Source: Gammaproteobacteria bacterium (GTDB taxonomy: Bacteria > Pseudomonadota > Gammaproteobacteria > GCA-001735895). From it: a stretch of 64,000 nt of DNA. The notes below the pieces were generated by a model that had not been told where the DNA came from, ran no database searches, and saw nothing but the letters and a program-made list of their open reading frames with translations. The stretch's first letter is position 1, and each line of letters starts with the position of its first letter. The stretch covers positions 43,585 through 107,584 of the forward strand of contig JBNLGQ010000029.1 of assembly GCA_050306135.1 (NCBI GenBank), given 5' to 3'. Positions 49,788 to 58,421 of this stretch are shown piece after piece. The position numbers were made by a program, and so were the translations under genes.

Positions 49788-52508
49788 TCAGGCAACAGAA
49801 CGCGTTGCAAGTGGTTCCAGCACTATTGCTGACTCTTCACCCAGGCCCATATCTTCAGCAAACTGTTGCATGATCGGTTCTGCCTGATAATCTTCGCTGC
49901 GTAACCTGGCATTACCTTTCATTTTATAGCGCAGATCTGCATCGCTAAAATATTTGATGATGAGTTCAGCCATGTCATGCATATCCTCTGCGAGGAATCC
50001 GCTGACTCCATGCTGGATGATATTTTTCGGTCCTTTGCAATTATAGGAAACTACCGGCATACCATTAACAAAGGATTCCAGGATGACGTTACCAAAGGTG
50101 TCAAAGCGTGATGGGAAGACTTTAAGATCCAGTCCAGCATAAAGCTGGGACATGCGAGTTTTGTCAACCCAGCCCAGATACAGGGCTTCAGGGAATAGCT
50201 TTTTCAGTTCTTCTTCAGCTGGCCCAGATCCAGCAATGACCATGCGCACATCGGGTATGGCATTTTTTACCATGCGGTAAATTTTGGGTAATTCAAAGAT
50301 GCCTTTTTCCTTGCTGATACGGCTGGCAAATAGCATGACCTGAGTGTCTTCAGTTGCATCTTCAAATAGTGTGGCTTTGTCTACAGGTATTATAGAGACA
50401 TCCCTTGCCTGAGTATGATGCGCAGTTAGTAATACCTTATCCTCGTCCAGTTGCATCTGGTGACCGGTAAGCCAGTCTCTATGGTCATCATTAAGTACAA
50501 ATACACCAGCGAACTGTTGATAGAAGAAACGCAATATTCTGCGTAGCCGATCAATTTCATGCTGATTTAAGTCGGTTGTGTTATGGATGAAATCGAGCCA
50601 GTCGGTATGCATGAAAAAGTAGGCAGGCACATTAAACATATGTTTGATGAATAAGGCTGCAAATGCCATGGGCCCTTCGGTGGAGCAGACAATGCGATCA
50701 TAGCCACCTGCATAAAAGATGCGTGCAATCTCCATAAAATCCGGGATGCGTATCTCCTGTTCGCCGAATTCAGAGAGTGTCAAACTGGTTAAGGGACGTA
50801 TCACATGTAAATGTGGTGCTGCTTCGGCATCAGCGTGGCAGATGAGAAAATCGATGGGTAGATCAGCCTGCTGTATATGTTTCAATTTACCCGATAAGGA
50901 ACTGGATACACCATTTTTATCCAGCAAGGTGTCCGTAAGATAGAGCGCCCGCCTGGGGTGATGGCTGGTACCAATATGGTCGGCAAACTCATTCAGGAAG
51001 CGTCTGTTCTGATACAGTAAACGGGTACTAGCCAGCGTTGTCCCTAGTAGTATCACGCCTACTAAAAAAGGAAACGATAAATTATCCAGTAGCGAAGAAA
51101 AGTTGTAACAACTCATCCCCGGTTTATTGCTTTTACCCCCAAAGATTAACTCTGTGAGCTGGCTGGGTACTTCAAACTTGCGTGTCAGCTCTTCGCTGGA
51201 AAATGATTTCAACTTGTATTCGCTGGTACTACTGGATGTGGTTTTCAGGCGCTTTATAACCAACAGGTTGAGTCCTTTAAAAAGTGCTGGTATCGCTTCG
51301 TTAACGGTCTGGATGAAAACTTCAGTAGATTTGTTTCTACTATCTGCAATGTTTTCCAGATGTTGAATACAGAAGCGATAATCTTTTTTGATTTTCCATT
51401 TAACCAGTTTATTGGGTTTTTTACCCTGTAGGGCATCGTGGATAAACTTGAAGAACTTCTGTGTGTTTTTATGTTTCTGCATCTCCAGTAACAGATTACT
51501 GATAAGGAAACAGGCCAGTTTGTCGGACACTTCACCACGATGAAACATAATGCGCAATAAGCCGGGGTCCTGGATATGCGTAGCAACCTGAGAGAAGTAA
51601 TCCAGCAGAGCGATATTCAGTTTCTGGTTTTCAGCAACAAGGCCATAGGGAGCAATATTGCCTTTGCGAATGGCTTCCAATGCCAGTGTCGAAGCCGTAT
51701 CGGTTTTTAATCGCTGCTTGAGATTTGGGATATATAGATAACTGCCAGATTGACCGGCAAACATACCCATATGATCATCTGAGCCACCGCTTAGTACTTT
51801 TGCCTGATCTGGGTCCACACCAAATTCAGCTGGGTTAAGATTATGCTTGCGTCCGTATGCGCGTATTTTTTCTGCGCTCAGGCTTTTAATCCATTTCAGG
51901 GTTAGTACCGATTGCCATTGATCTCGTTGGCCGTTGACGACTTCAAAACGTTGAAACATAACCGCCAGTTTTTCGAACAGGGAGAGATTGATTTTGTCAT
52001 TACGTGTATAAAAATACAGTGGATGCGGCAGAATAACGGGAATGTCACATTTATGTGCATAACGCAGAAACTGATAGATGTTGTCACGTTTATGATTGAG
52101 CTCCTTTTCCTGATGACGATTAAAACCATAGGCCAGCACATGTACGAATAAATCATATTCAGGAAAGTGGCAGGTAAACTCAGCGGCAGTTAAAACATCT
52201 TCACCCTGATCCTGTAATTCCCAGCAGGAATTCGCATTATTATGATTGGTGATGGTAATGACATCACAGTGACTTTGTTTAAGTTGTTTGACCAGCTTTT
52301 TGGTTTTCAGCCAGGTTTCGGGCAGGCCAAGAATGCGACCCCATAGCTCATCGGGTACATCGCTGTTTTTATCATGGCAGTGCAGGTCAATCTTAAGGCA
52401 GTCTTCGCGTTTGAAGCGGTTGGATTCGTTGAGTAGATAAGCATTGAACTCACGGGTTAAGGAATTTCTAAATTCACTTACTGATTCGTTTGATGTAGGT
52501 AATATCAT
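49788..52508 (-). CDS. Fusion protein: N-terminal PHP-family metal-dependent phosphoesterase domain, a central TM segment, and a C-terminal GT4 (GT-B) glycosyltransferase domain
   Basis: The PHP motifs appear in order: 'IDLHCHD' (HxH), 'ITNHNN', 'EF..HFPEYD', 'VHVLAYG', 'LPHP', and 'GGSDDHMG' (DxH). There is a TM helix 'FPFLVGVILLGTTLA'. The C-terminal GT4 domain has 'VMLFASRISKEKG', 'VRMVIAGSGPAEEEL', and 'FGNVILESFVNGMPVVS' (E-X7-E region). Confidence 0.65.
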   Translation of the reverse strand: MILPTSNESVSEFRNSLTREFNAYLLNESNRFKREDCLKIDLHCHDKNSDVPDELWGRILGLPETWLKTKKLVKQLKQSHCDVITITNHNNANSCWELQDQGEDVLTAAEFTCHFPEYDLFVHVLAYGFNRHQEKELNHKRDNIYQFLRYAHKCDIPVILPHPLYFYTRNDKINLSLFEKLAVMFQRFEVVNGQRDQWQSVLTLKWIKSLSAEKIRAYGRKHNLNPAEFGVDPDQAKVLSGGSDDHMGMFAGQSGSYLYIPNLKQRLKTDTASTLALEAIRKGNIAPYGLVAENQKLNIALLDYFSQVATHIQDPGLLRIMFHRGEVSDKLACFLISNLLLEMQKHKNTQKFFKFIHDALQGKKPNKLVKWKIKKDYRFCIQHLENIADSRNKSTEVFIQTVNEAIPALFKGLNLLVIKRLKTTSSSTSEYKLKSFSSEELTRKFEVPSQLTELIFGGKSNKPGMSCYNFSSLLDNLSFPFLVGVILLGTTLASTRLLYQNRRFLNEFADHIGTSHHPRRALYLTDTLLDKNGVSSSLSGKLKHIQQADLPIDFLICHADAEAAPHLHVIRPLTSLTLSEFGEQEIRIPDFMEIARIFYAGGYDRIVCSTEGPMAFAALFIKHMFNVPAYFFMHTDWLDFIHNTTDLNQHEIDRLRRILRFFYQQFAGVFVLNDDHRDWLTGHQMQLDEDKVLLTAHHTQARDVSIIPVDKATLFEDATEDTQVMLFASRISKEKGIFELPKIYRMVKNAIPDVRMVIAGSGPAEEELKKLFPEALYLGWVDKTRMSQLYAGLDLKVFPSRFDTFGNVILESFVNGMPVVSYNCKGPKNIIQHGVSGFLAEDMHDMAELIIKYFSDADLRYKMKGNARLRSEDYQAEPIMQQFAEDMGLGEESAIVLEPLATRSVA

Positions 52509-54229
52509 AGCTCGCTAACCTCTTCGGCTTTGGGCAGGCCTGTGTAGCCAGTTTTCGGTTTTATCCATCTGGAAAGCACGGGAAAGCGAGCAGCAATCAT
52601 TTCTTTCAACATTATTCGCTTGATGGCTTTATTACTCAGATTGGGGTTATGCCACCACCAACCATCATTTTTCATCTGCCTGGCAGCAGCAATAAATAAA
52701 TCAACTACCTTCAGAAAATCTTCATCGCTGAAATTATGGCTCATGATGATTCGGCCACTACCAACCCAGCTGAGACTCAGTCCCTGCGCTTTCAGATAGA
52801 ACTGAAACATCCAGTTATAACGCGATGGCTGGGTATACAGAATGGTCCAGATAGACATGAGGTTGGCAATTCTAACGGGCAGGCCTTCGTCATGCAGACG
52901 CTTGTTGAGCAGGCTGACGCGCGCGTTCCATAGCTCATCGGCATGTTGATAATTGTTTTGATACTCAGGCTGCTGAATGCGCGTTAAGAACTGATGCATG
53001 CAGGCCATCACATAAGGATGTGAATTAAAGGTTCCGCGTGCGAAAGAGATATCTACAGGCTGTTCAGGTTTATAGCGTTTCATCAATGCATGACTGCCAC
53101 AGACCACACCTACAGGCAGTCCGCCACCCAAGGTTTTGCCGTAGGTAACTATGTCTGCCTGTATGCCAAAATACTCCTGAGCACCACGATAACCCAGACG
53201 AAAACCGGTAAACACTTCATCAAAGATTAAAACGATAGCTCGTTCGATACAGACTTCACTGACCTGCTTTAACCACCGACTATAGGCTTTTCGATCAAAG
53301 TGAGCGCTACGGTCGCTGTTAACCAATGAAGCATCGCTGGAAGCATCGGCGTTAGGATGTAAACCCTGTAAGGGATTGATCAGTACACAGGCGATATCAT
53401 TACGTGTACGTAACACCTTTAATGTTGTGTCGCTCATATCCTGTAGTGTGTATACATCATGGCTGGCACGCTGGTTACCTATGCCTGGTTGTACACCATC
53501 CCACCAGCCGTGGTAGGCGCCGCATAAACGAACCAGATGCGTTTTTCCCGTGTGGTAACGTGCCAGACGAACCGCCTGCATCACAGCCTCGGTGCCGGAC
53601 ATGTGAAAAGATACTTCATCCAGGCCGGATATCTTTTTTAAGCGCTCAACATTGCTTTTAATAATGGGGTGATAGGCCCCAAGTACTGGACCCATATCTT
53701 TCACCATTTCCATGCCGTCCTGCATGCACTGTTTGTAAAAATCATAACCAAACACGTTGACCCCGTAAGAGCCAGTCAGGTCATAGCTCCAGTTACCATC
53801 CAGGTCTTTAACCTTGACACCTTTTGATTCCTTCACGGCATTGGGCAGGGTTAATTGGGTAGCGAGGTATTTTCTATAAGGAAAGGGAACTCGATACTGG
53901 TTGGTGAATTCAACATCTGAAATACTGTCCTGCACTGAGTGATTGAATTCAATGCCTTTGAGCATGTGTTGATTAAAATGCTTTTTGAGTCTGTTCAGGG
54001 CCTGACGGCGTTGCTGAGTAATATTCTGCGGGGCAGCATCGCTACAGAAGAAATTAACTTCATTGTATTCAAAGTAGGGGATGAGCCTTGCAACACGGCG
54101 TGACATTTTTGAATGTCCGCGTAGCGATGGATGTTTGGCGCGTGAAAGGCGTAAGCGAATCCATAGTCTATAGGATAGATACAATGCAATAAACAGGATG
54201 AAAATATTTTGTAGTGTAATCTCGGGCAT
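52505..54229 (-). CDS. Membrane-anchored class-III (GSA-aminomutase-like) PLP-dependent aminotransferase, first gene of the lipid operon
   Basis: 574 aa. The N-terminal TM helix is 'IFILFIALYLSYRLWI', followed by an extension of about 100 aa. The class-III core has 'FDEVFTGFR' and the PLP-lysine motif 'YGKTLGGGLPVGVV'. It overlaps the downstream gene by 4 nt. Confidence 0.7.
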   Translation of the reverse strand: MPEITLQNIFILFIALYLSYRLWIRLRLSRAKHPSLRGHSKMSRRVARLIPYFEYNEVNFFCSDAAPQNITQQRRQALNRLKKHFNQHMLKGIEFNHSVQDSISDVEFTNQYRVPFPYRKYLATQLTLPNAVKESKGVKVKDLDGNWSYDLTGSYGVNVFGYDFYKQCMQDGMEMVKDMGPVLGAYHPIIKSNVERLKKISGLDEVSFHMSGTEAVMQAVRLARYHTGKTHLVRLCGAYHGWWDGVQPGIGNQRASHDVYTLQDMSDTTLKVLRTRNDIACVLINPLQGLHPNADASSDASLVNSDRSAHFDRKAYSRWLKQVSEVCIERAIVLIFDEVFTGFRLGYRGAQEYFGIQADIVTYGKTLGGGLPVGVVCGSHALMKRYKPEQPVDISFARGTFNSHPYVMACMHQFLTRIQQPEYQNNYQHADELWNARVSLLNKRLHDEGLPVRIANLMSIWTILYTQPSRYNWMFQFYLKAQGLSLSWVGSGRIIMSHNFSDEDFLKVVDLFIAAARQMKNDGWWWHNPNLSNKAIKRIMLKEMIAARFPVLSRWIKPKTGYTGLPKAEEVSEL

Positions 54230-54315
54230 GCTCGCGGACCGGAATATAATTTGCGAGACGCTAACATGTGAAAATGACAGTCTGGTTTCAATGTTGAAGT
54301 TTCGGTATTTTTAAT

Positions 54316-54397
54316 GGTTTAAGCACAGAGGACACTGAGAGCACAGAGAATATATTATTTGATATCTTCTTCGTGGCCTTCGTGAGCTTCGTGGTTA
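54316..54397. repeat. CACAGAG/CACGAAG 9-bp-periodic repeat pair (variant forward 54316-54348, canonical reverse 54369-54397) in the divergent lipid-operon/phnC promoter region
   Basis: The forward unit is 'GGTTTAAGCACAGAGGACACTGAGAGCACAGAG'. It is followed by 'CTTCGTGGCCTTCGTGAGCTTCGTGGTTA'. Confidence 0.75.
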
Positions 54398-54558
54398 TCC
54401 TGTTTTTTTCGTTCCCATGCTCTGAGATGGAATGCGTATGAACTGGCGTGGCAATGTGACTTTTCTTTTAGATTCTGTAACAAAAATTTAATAATTCCAT
54501 AACATTTTCGACATATTTAAAGGCTAAAGTGTGCCGCATTAAATTTTCGAGAAGTGTA

Positions 54559-55401
54559 ATGTCTGAAGCCATCAGGATTTCATCGTTGTCCAAAACCTTC
54601 AACAGGAAGATTGCGTTAGATGATATTTCTATACGCATAGCTGAAGGTGAAATTGTGGCACTGATCGGCCCCAGTGGGTCAGGTAAGTCTACTTTACTAC
54701 GTCACATTGCAGGACTTGAAGTTTCGGATAAGAATTCAAGCACTGAAGTTACCGTAGATGGATTGCCGGTACAGAATAATGGCAGGCTGACAAAAGGTGC
54801 CAGAAAGGCACGCGTTAAAATAGGACTCATCTTTCAGCAGTTTAATTTAATAAATAGATTGAATGTGCTGACCAATGTATTGATCGGTTGCCTGGGTAGT
54901 ATTCCCGCCTGGCGTGGCACTCTAGGTATTTTCACTCAACAGGAAAAGAGCAGGGCGTTGGAGGCGCTTGATCGTGTCGGGTTAAAGGAAATTGCCTTTC
55001 AACGAGCCTCTACCTTATCGGGTGGGCAACAACAACGCGTTGCGATTGCACGCAGTTTAATGCAGCAGGCCAACGTCATACTTGCCGATGAGCCTATTGC
55101 CTCTCTCGATCCAAAATCAGCCAAAACCGTCATGCGTTATCTACGCGATATCAATAAGCATGATGGTAAGTCAGTGGTTGTAACCCTGCATCAGGTGGAT
55201 TATGCGCGTAAATACTGTAAACGCGTCATAGCACTGGTGGATGGAAAAATTGCTTTTGATGGAAAAGCCAAAGAGCTCACCGATAAGGTTCTGGAAAAAC
55301 TCTATGGCACAGCAATGTCAGATGACGATGAAGATGTCATTGTCGAACAGCAACAACCTGTCTATCCGGCAGCCAAATTGATAGCTGGTATATCAGGTTA
55401 A
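54559..55401 (+). CDS. phnC: Phosphonate ABC transporter ATP-binding protein
   Basis: It has Walker A 'GPSGSGKST', the signature '[13 protein letters not shown]', and Walker B 'ILADEP'. The start is set at ATG 54559. The ORF is open from 54529. Confidence 0.85.
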   Translation: MSEAIRISSLSKTFNRKIALDDISIRIAEGEIVALIGPSGSGKSTLLRHIAGLEVSDKNSSTEVTVDGLPVQNNGRLTKGARKARVKIGLIFQQFNLINRLNVLTNVLIGCLGSIPAWRGTLGIFTQQEKSRALEALDRVGLKEIAFQRASTLSGGQQQRVAIARSLMQQANVILADEPIASLDPKSAKTVMRYLRDINKHDGKSVVVTLHQVDYARKYCKRVIALVDGKIAFDGKAKELTDKVLEKLYGTAMSDDDEDVIVEQQQPVYPAAKLIAGISG

Positions 55402-55428
55402 TCATTAATTAAAAAACTGGAGTACTAT

Positions 55429-56439
55429 ATGTTTCGTAAATTTATCAAGCCTGCCATAGCCGCGGCTGCAATTACTGCCTCAGTGATGATGCCAAGCGCC
55501 TCATTCGCTGACACCAAAATCCTGAATTTCGGTATTATCTCAACCGAATCATCGCAAAATCTTCGCACTATCTGGAATCCCTTCCTGGAAGATATGGGTA
55601 AAAAGCTGGGCGTAAAGGTTAAAGCATTTTTTGCACCTGACTATGCCGGTATTATCGAAGGCATGCGCTTTAACAAGGTAGATGTTGCCTGGTTTGGAAA
55701 TAAGTCTGCTATGGAAGCGGTTGATCGTGCAGGCGGAGAAATTTTTGCACAGACTGTTGACATAGAAGGTAACCCTGGTTACTGGTCATTACTGGTTACC
55801 CATAAGGATAGCAAAATTAATTCAGTTGAAGATATGCTGAAAAATGCGAAGGACCTGACTTTTGGTAACGGCGATCCTAATTCAACGTCGGGTTTCCTGG
55901 TGCCTTCATACTATGTTTTCGCTAAAAACCATGTAGATCCCAAGAAAGCATTCAAACGTGTACTGAATTCAAATCATCAGACTAATCTACTGGCCGCTGC
56001 TAGCAAGCAGGTAGATGTTGCTACTAACAATACTGAAAACTACCGACGCCTTGAAGTCACTCATCCTGACAAGGTTGAAAATATCAAAATTATCTGGAAA
56101 TCCCCTCTGATTCCTTCTGATCCAATCGTATGGCGCAAGAATATGGACGAAGGCACCAAGAACAGGATTTATGATTTCTTCATGACTTATGGTACTCAGG
56201 ATAACAGGGAAAAAGAAATTCTGACTGCTTTACAGTGGGCTCCTTTTAGTGCATCTAGCGATGATCAGTTGATTCCTATCCGTCAGCTGGTGCTATTCAA
56301 AAAGCGTGTAAAGCTTGAAGCCGATGAGCAGTTATCAGCCAGTGAAAAGAAAGCAAAGATTGCTGAAATTGATGATCAGCTGAATGTACTTAAGCGTCGT
56401 TCTGCTGCACTACAGGCCTTCGCTGCAAAAAATTCATAA
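55429..56439 (+). CDS. phnD: Phosphonate ABC transporter periplasmic binding protein
   Basis: 336 aa with a signal peptide. It has the PhnD-family binding-protein pattern and sits between phnC and phnE. Confidence 0.8.
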   Translation: MFRKFIKPAIAAAAITASVMMPSASFADTKILNFGIISTESSQNLRTIWNPFLEDMGKKLGVKVKAFFAPDYAGIIEGMRFNKVDVAWFGNKSAMEAVDRAGGEIFAQTVDIEGNPGYWSLLVTHKDSKINSVEDMLKNAKDLTFGNGDPNSTSGFLVPSYYVFAKNHVDPKKAFKRVLNSNHQTNLLAAASKQVDVATNNTENYRRLEVTHPDKVENIKIIWKSPLIPSDPIVWRKNMDEGTKNRIYDFFMTYGTQDNREKEILTALQWAPFSASSDDQLIPIRQLVLFKKRVKLEADEQLSASEKKAKIAEIDDQLNVLKRRSAALQAFAAKNS

Positions 56440-56467
56440 ATCCATTTGTCTGTCCCCGACGGATATT

Positions 56468-56497
56468 CCGGGTCGTGTATACGACCCGGTGTTTTTA
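56468..56497 (+). terminator. Intra-operon hairpin/attenuator between phnD and phnE
   Basis: 'CCGGGTCGTGTATACGACCCGG' is a perfect 8-bp stem followed by TGTTTTT. Confidence 0.6.
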
Positions 56498-56577
56498 TAA
56501 ATCATTTCATCAAAGACTAAAAGTAAAAGGGCTTTAATGAAATGAAACCGCTGTTATGAATTCTTTAGGTCAACACA

Positions 56578-57366
56578 ATGAGTGAAACACTAAATTTAGA
56601 AAACCCGCAACAACGCAGCTCAATAATTAATCTTATTGGTTGGGCTGCGGTTTTACTGTTGCTGAGCTGGTCCTGGAAGGGGGCAGAAATGAACCCCTGG
56701 GCGCTGGTTGAATACAGCGGCAATATGCTGGAGCTGGGGGCTGATTTTTTTCCTCCCAATCTACATGACTGGGATCTGTATGTTCATGAAATGATTATCA
56801 CGGTGCAGATAGCAATATGGGGAACGGTACTGGCGATTGTCGCTGCGGTACCCTTTGGGATTCTGTCTTCAGAAAATCTCATGCCGTGGTGGATATCCCA
56901 GCCGACGAGACGACTGATGGACTCAGCCCGGGCCATCAATGAAATGGTTTTCGCGATGCTGTTTGTCGTCGCCGTGGGGCTGGGACCTTTTGCAGGTGTG
57001 ATGGCCTTGTTCGTCCACACCACAGGGATTCTGGCGAAACTGTTTTCAGAGGCCGTTGAAGCCATAGAACCAGGTCCAGTAGAAGGCGTGCGTGCAACCG
57101 GTGCAACTGCCATACAGGAGATAATTTATGGTGTCATTCCACAGGTATTACCGCTATGGATTTCTTTTTCACTGTATCGTTTTGAATCCAATGTACGCTC
57201 TGCCACGGTACTCGGCATGGTGGGCGCGGGTGGTATTGGTGTCATCCTGTGGGAAAGTATTCGCGGCTTTATGTTCCAGGAAACCTGTACCGTGATACTG
57301 ATTATTATTGTATCGGTGACCCTGCTCGACCTGCTCTCACAGAAGCTACGCAGAATGGTGATTTAG
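56578..57366 (+). CDS. phnE: Phosphonate ABC transporter permease
   Basis: 262 aa with six TM helices of the binding-protein-dependent permease type. It lies downstream of phnD. Confidence 0.8.
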   Translation: MSETLNLENPQQRSSIINLIGWAAVLLLLSWSWKGAEMNPWALVEYSGNMLELGADFFPPNLHDWDLYVHEMIITVQIAIWGTVLAIVAAVPFGILSSENLMPWWISQPTRRLMDSARAINEMVFAMLFVVAVGLGPFAGVMALFVHTTGILAKLFSEAVEAIEPGPVEGVRATGATAIQEIIYGVIPQVLPLWISFSLYRFESNVRSATVLGMVGAGGIGVILWESIRGFMFQETCTVILIIIVSVTLLDLLSQKLRRMVI

Positions 57367-57810
57367 GTGAATACACAACAACGACAGCAATTGATTTCAG
57401 TATTGGCCAAATCATCTTTGTCCGATATCAAAAAATACTGGAAGCAATCTTTAGAAGATTTTGATTACAGCACATTACGTCAGCCTCAAACAGGCATGGT
57501 AATGGCAGTTGCCAGAACAGAGGCCAAAGGCGATCCGTTCAATTTGGGTGAAGTCAGTGTAACACGCTGCGCAATAAGGTTAAGCAGCGGCGAGACTGGA
57601 ATTGGTTATGTAATGGGCAGTAATAAGGAGCACGCACTACATGTCGCGATGCTGGATGCTATTGCGCAAAAGCAGAATCAGTACGCAGAGGTACATGCTC
57701 AGCTTATACAACCATTACAGCAAAAGCTTTTACAGACGCATCAAAAACAGCAGCAAAAAACAGATTCAACCCGGGTAGATTTTTTTACCATGGTGAGAGG
57801 AGAAGATTAA
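57367..57810 (+). CDS. phnG: C-P lyase core complex subunit PhnG
   Basis: 147 aa. The C-terminal 'RVDFFTMVRGED' matches the E. coli PhnG C-terminus as recalled. Confidence 0.8.
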   Translation: MNTQQRQQLISVLAKSSLSDIKKYWKQSLEDFDYSTLRQPQTGMVMAVARTEAKGDPFNLGEVSVTRCAIRLSSGETGIGYVMGSNKEHALHVAMLDAIAQKQNQYAEVHAQLIQPLQQKLLQTHQKQQQKTDSTRVDFFTMVRGED

Positions 57811-58421
57811 TGAATAATATTCAAGACGTTGTACAGGTACAACCAGGGCTTAGTAATCCCGTTTACGATTCGCAGGGGATCTTTCGCCTGTTATTAAAAG
57901 GTATGGCTGAGCCGGGCCTTATTGCACGCCTGGACGATGTACCTGACTTTCCGGTGGGGCTGAATGCGGCAAGTTATGCGGTGGCGCTTGCATTGTTTGA
58001 TCAGGATACGCGTATCAACCTTACCGCTTCTCTACAACAGACAGCGATCAAAGAATCATTACGCTTCCATACCGCAGCTGCATTAGTAGAGGACTGTGAT
58101 ACGGCCGATTTTGTCATCTGTAATGAATCTGACCGTCCCGATCTGGATCAGCTGAATGCCGGCACCGAAACCTATCCTGATCAATCCTGTACGCTGATTA
58201 TTCAATGTGAATCTTTTTTTAAGGGCATCATCTATCGAGCTAGCGGTCCGGGTATTGAAACCTCGCGTAAGATCCGTTGTAGCGGCTTTAACGGTACGCT
58301 TCTGCATCAGCGAGAAAATCTGGCCGCTCAATTCCCGCTGGGTATAGATTTGATTCTCAGCTGTGGGCGTGAGTTTTTCTGTATTCCACGGACCACCAAA
58401 CTATTGATCGAGAATAACTGA
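57810..58421 (+). CDS. phnH: C-P lyase core complex subunit PhnH
   Basis: 'LRFHT', 'FPLGIDLILSCG' and 'IPRTT' match E. coli PhnH. Confidence 0.8.
   Translation: MNNIQDVVQVQPGLSNPVYDSQGIFRLLLKGMAEPGLIARLDDVPDFPVGLNAASYAVALALFDQDTRINLTASLQQTAIKESLRFHTAAALVEDCDTADFVICNESDRPDLDQLNAGTETYPDQSCTLIIQCESFFKGIIYRASGPGIETSRKIRCSGFNGTLLHQRENLAAQFPLGIDLILSCGREFFCIPRTTKLLIENN

Noticed and set aside
54475-54516. Calling a full Pho box upstream of phnC
   Set aside because: Only an 11-bp periodic arrangement of weak 7-mers is present (CTGTAAC, ATTTAAT, CCATAAC). No consensus CTGTCAT pair is present. The pattern is mentioned in a finding but not annotated as a feature.
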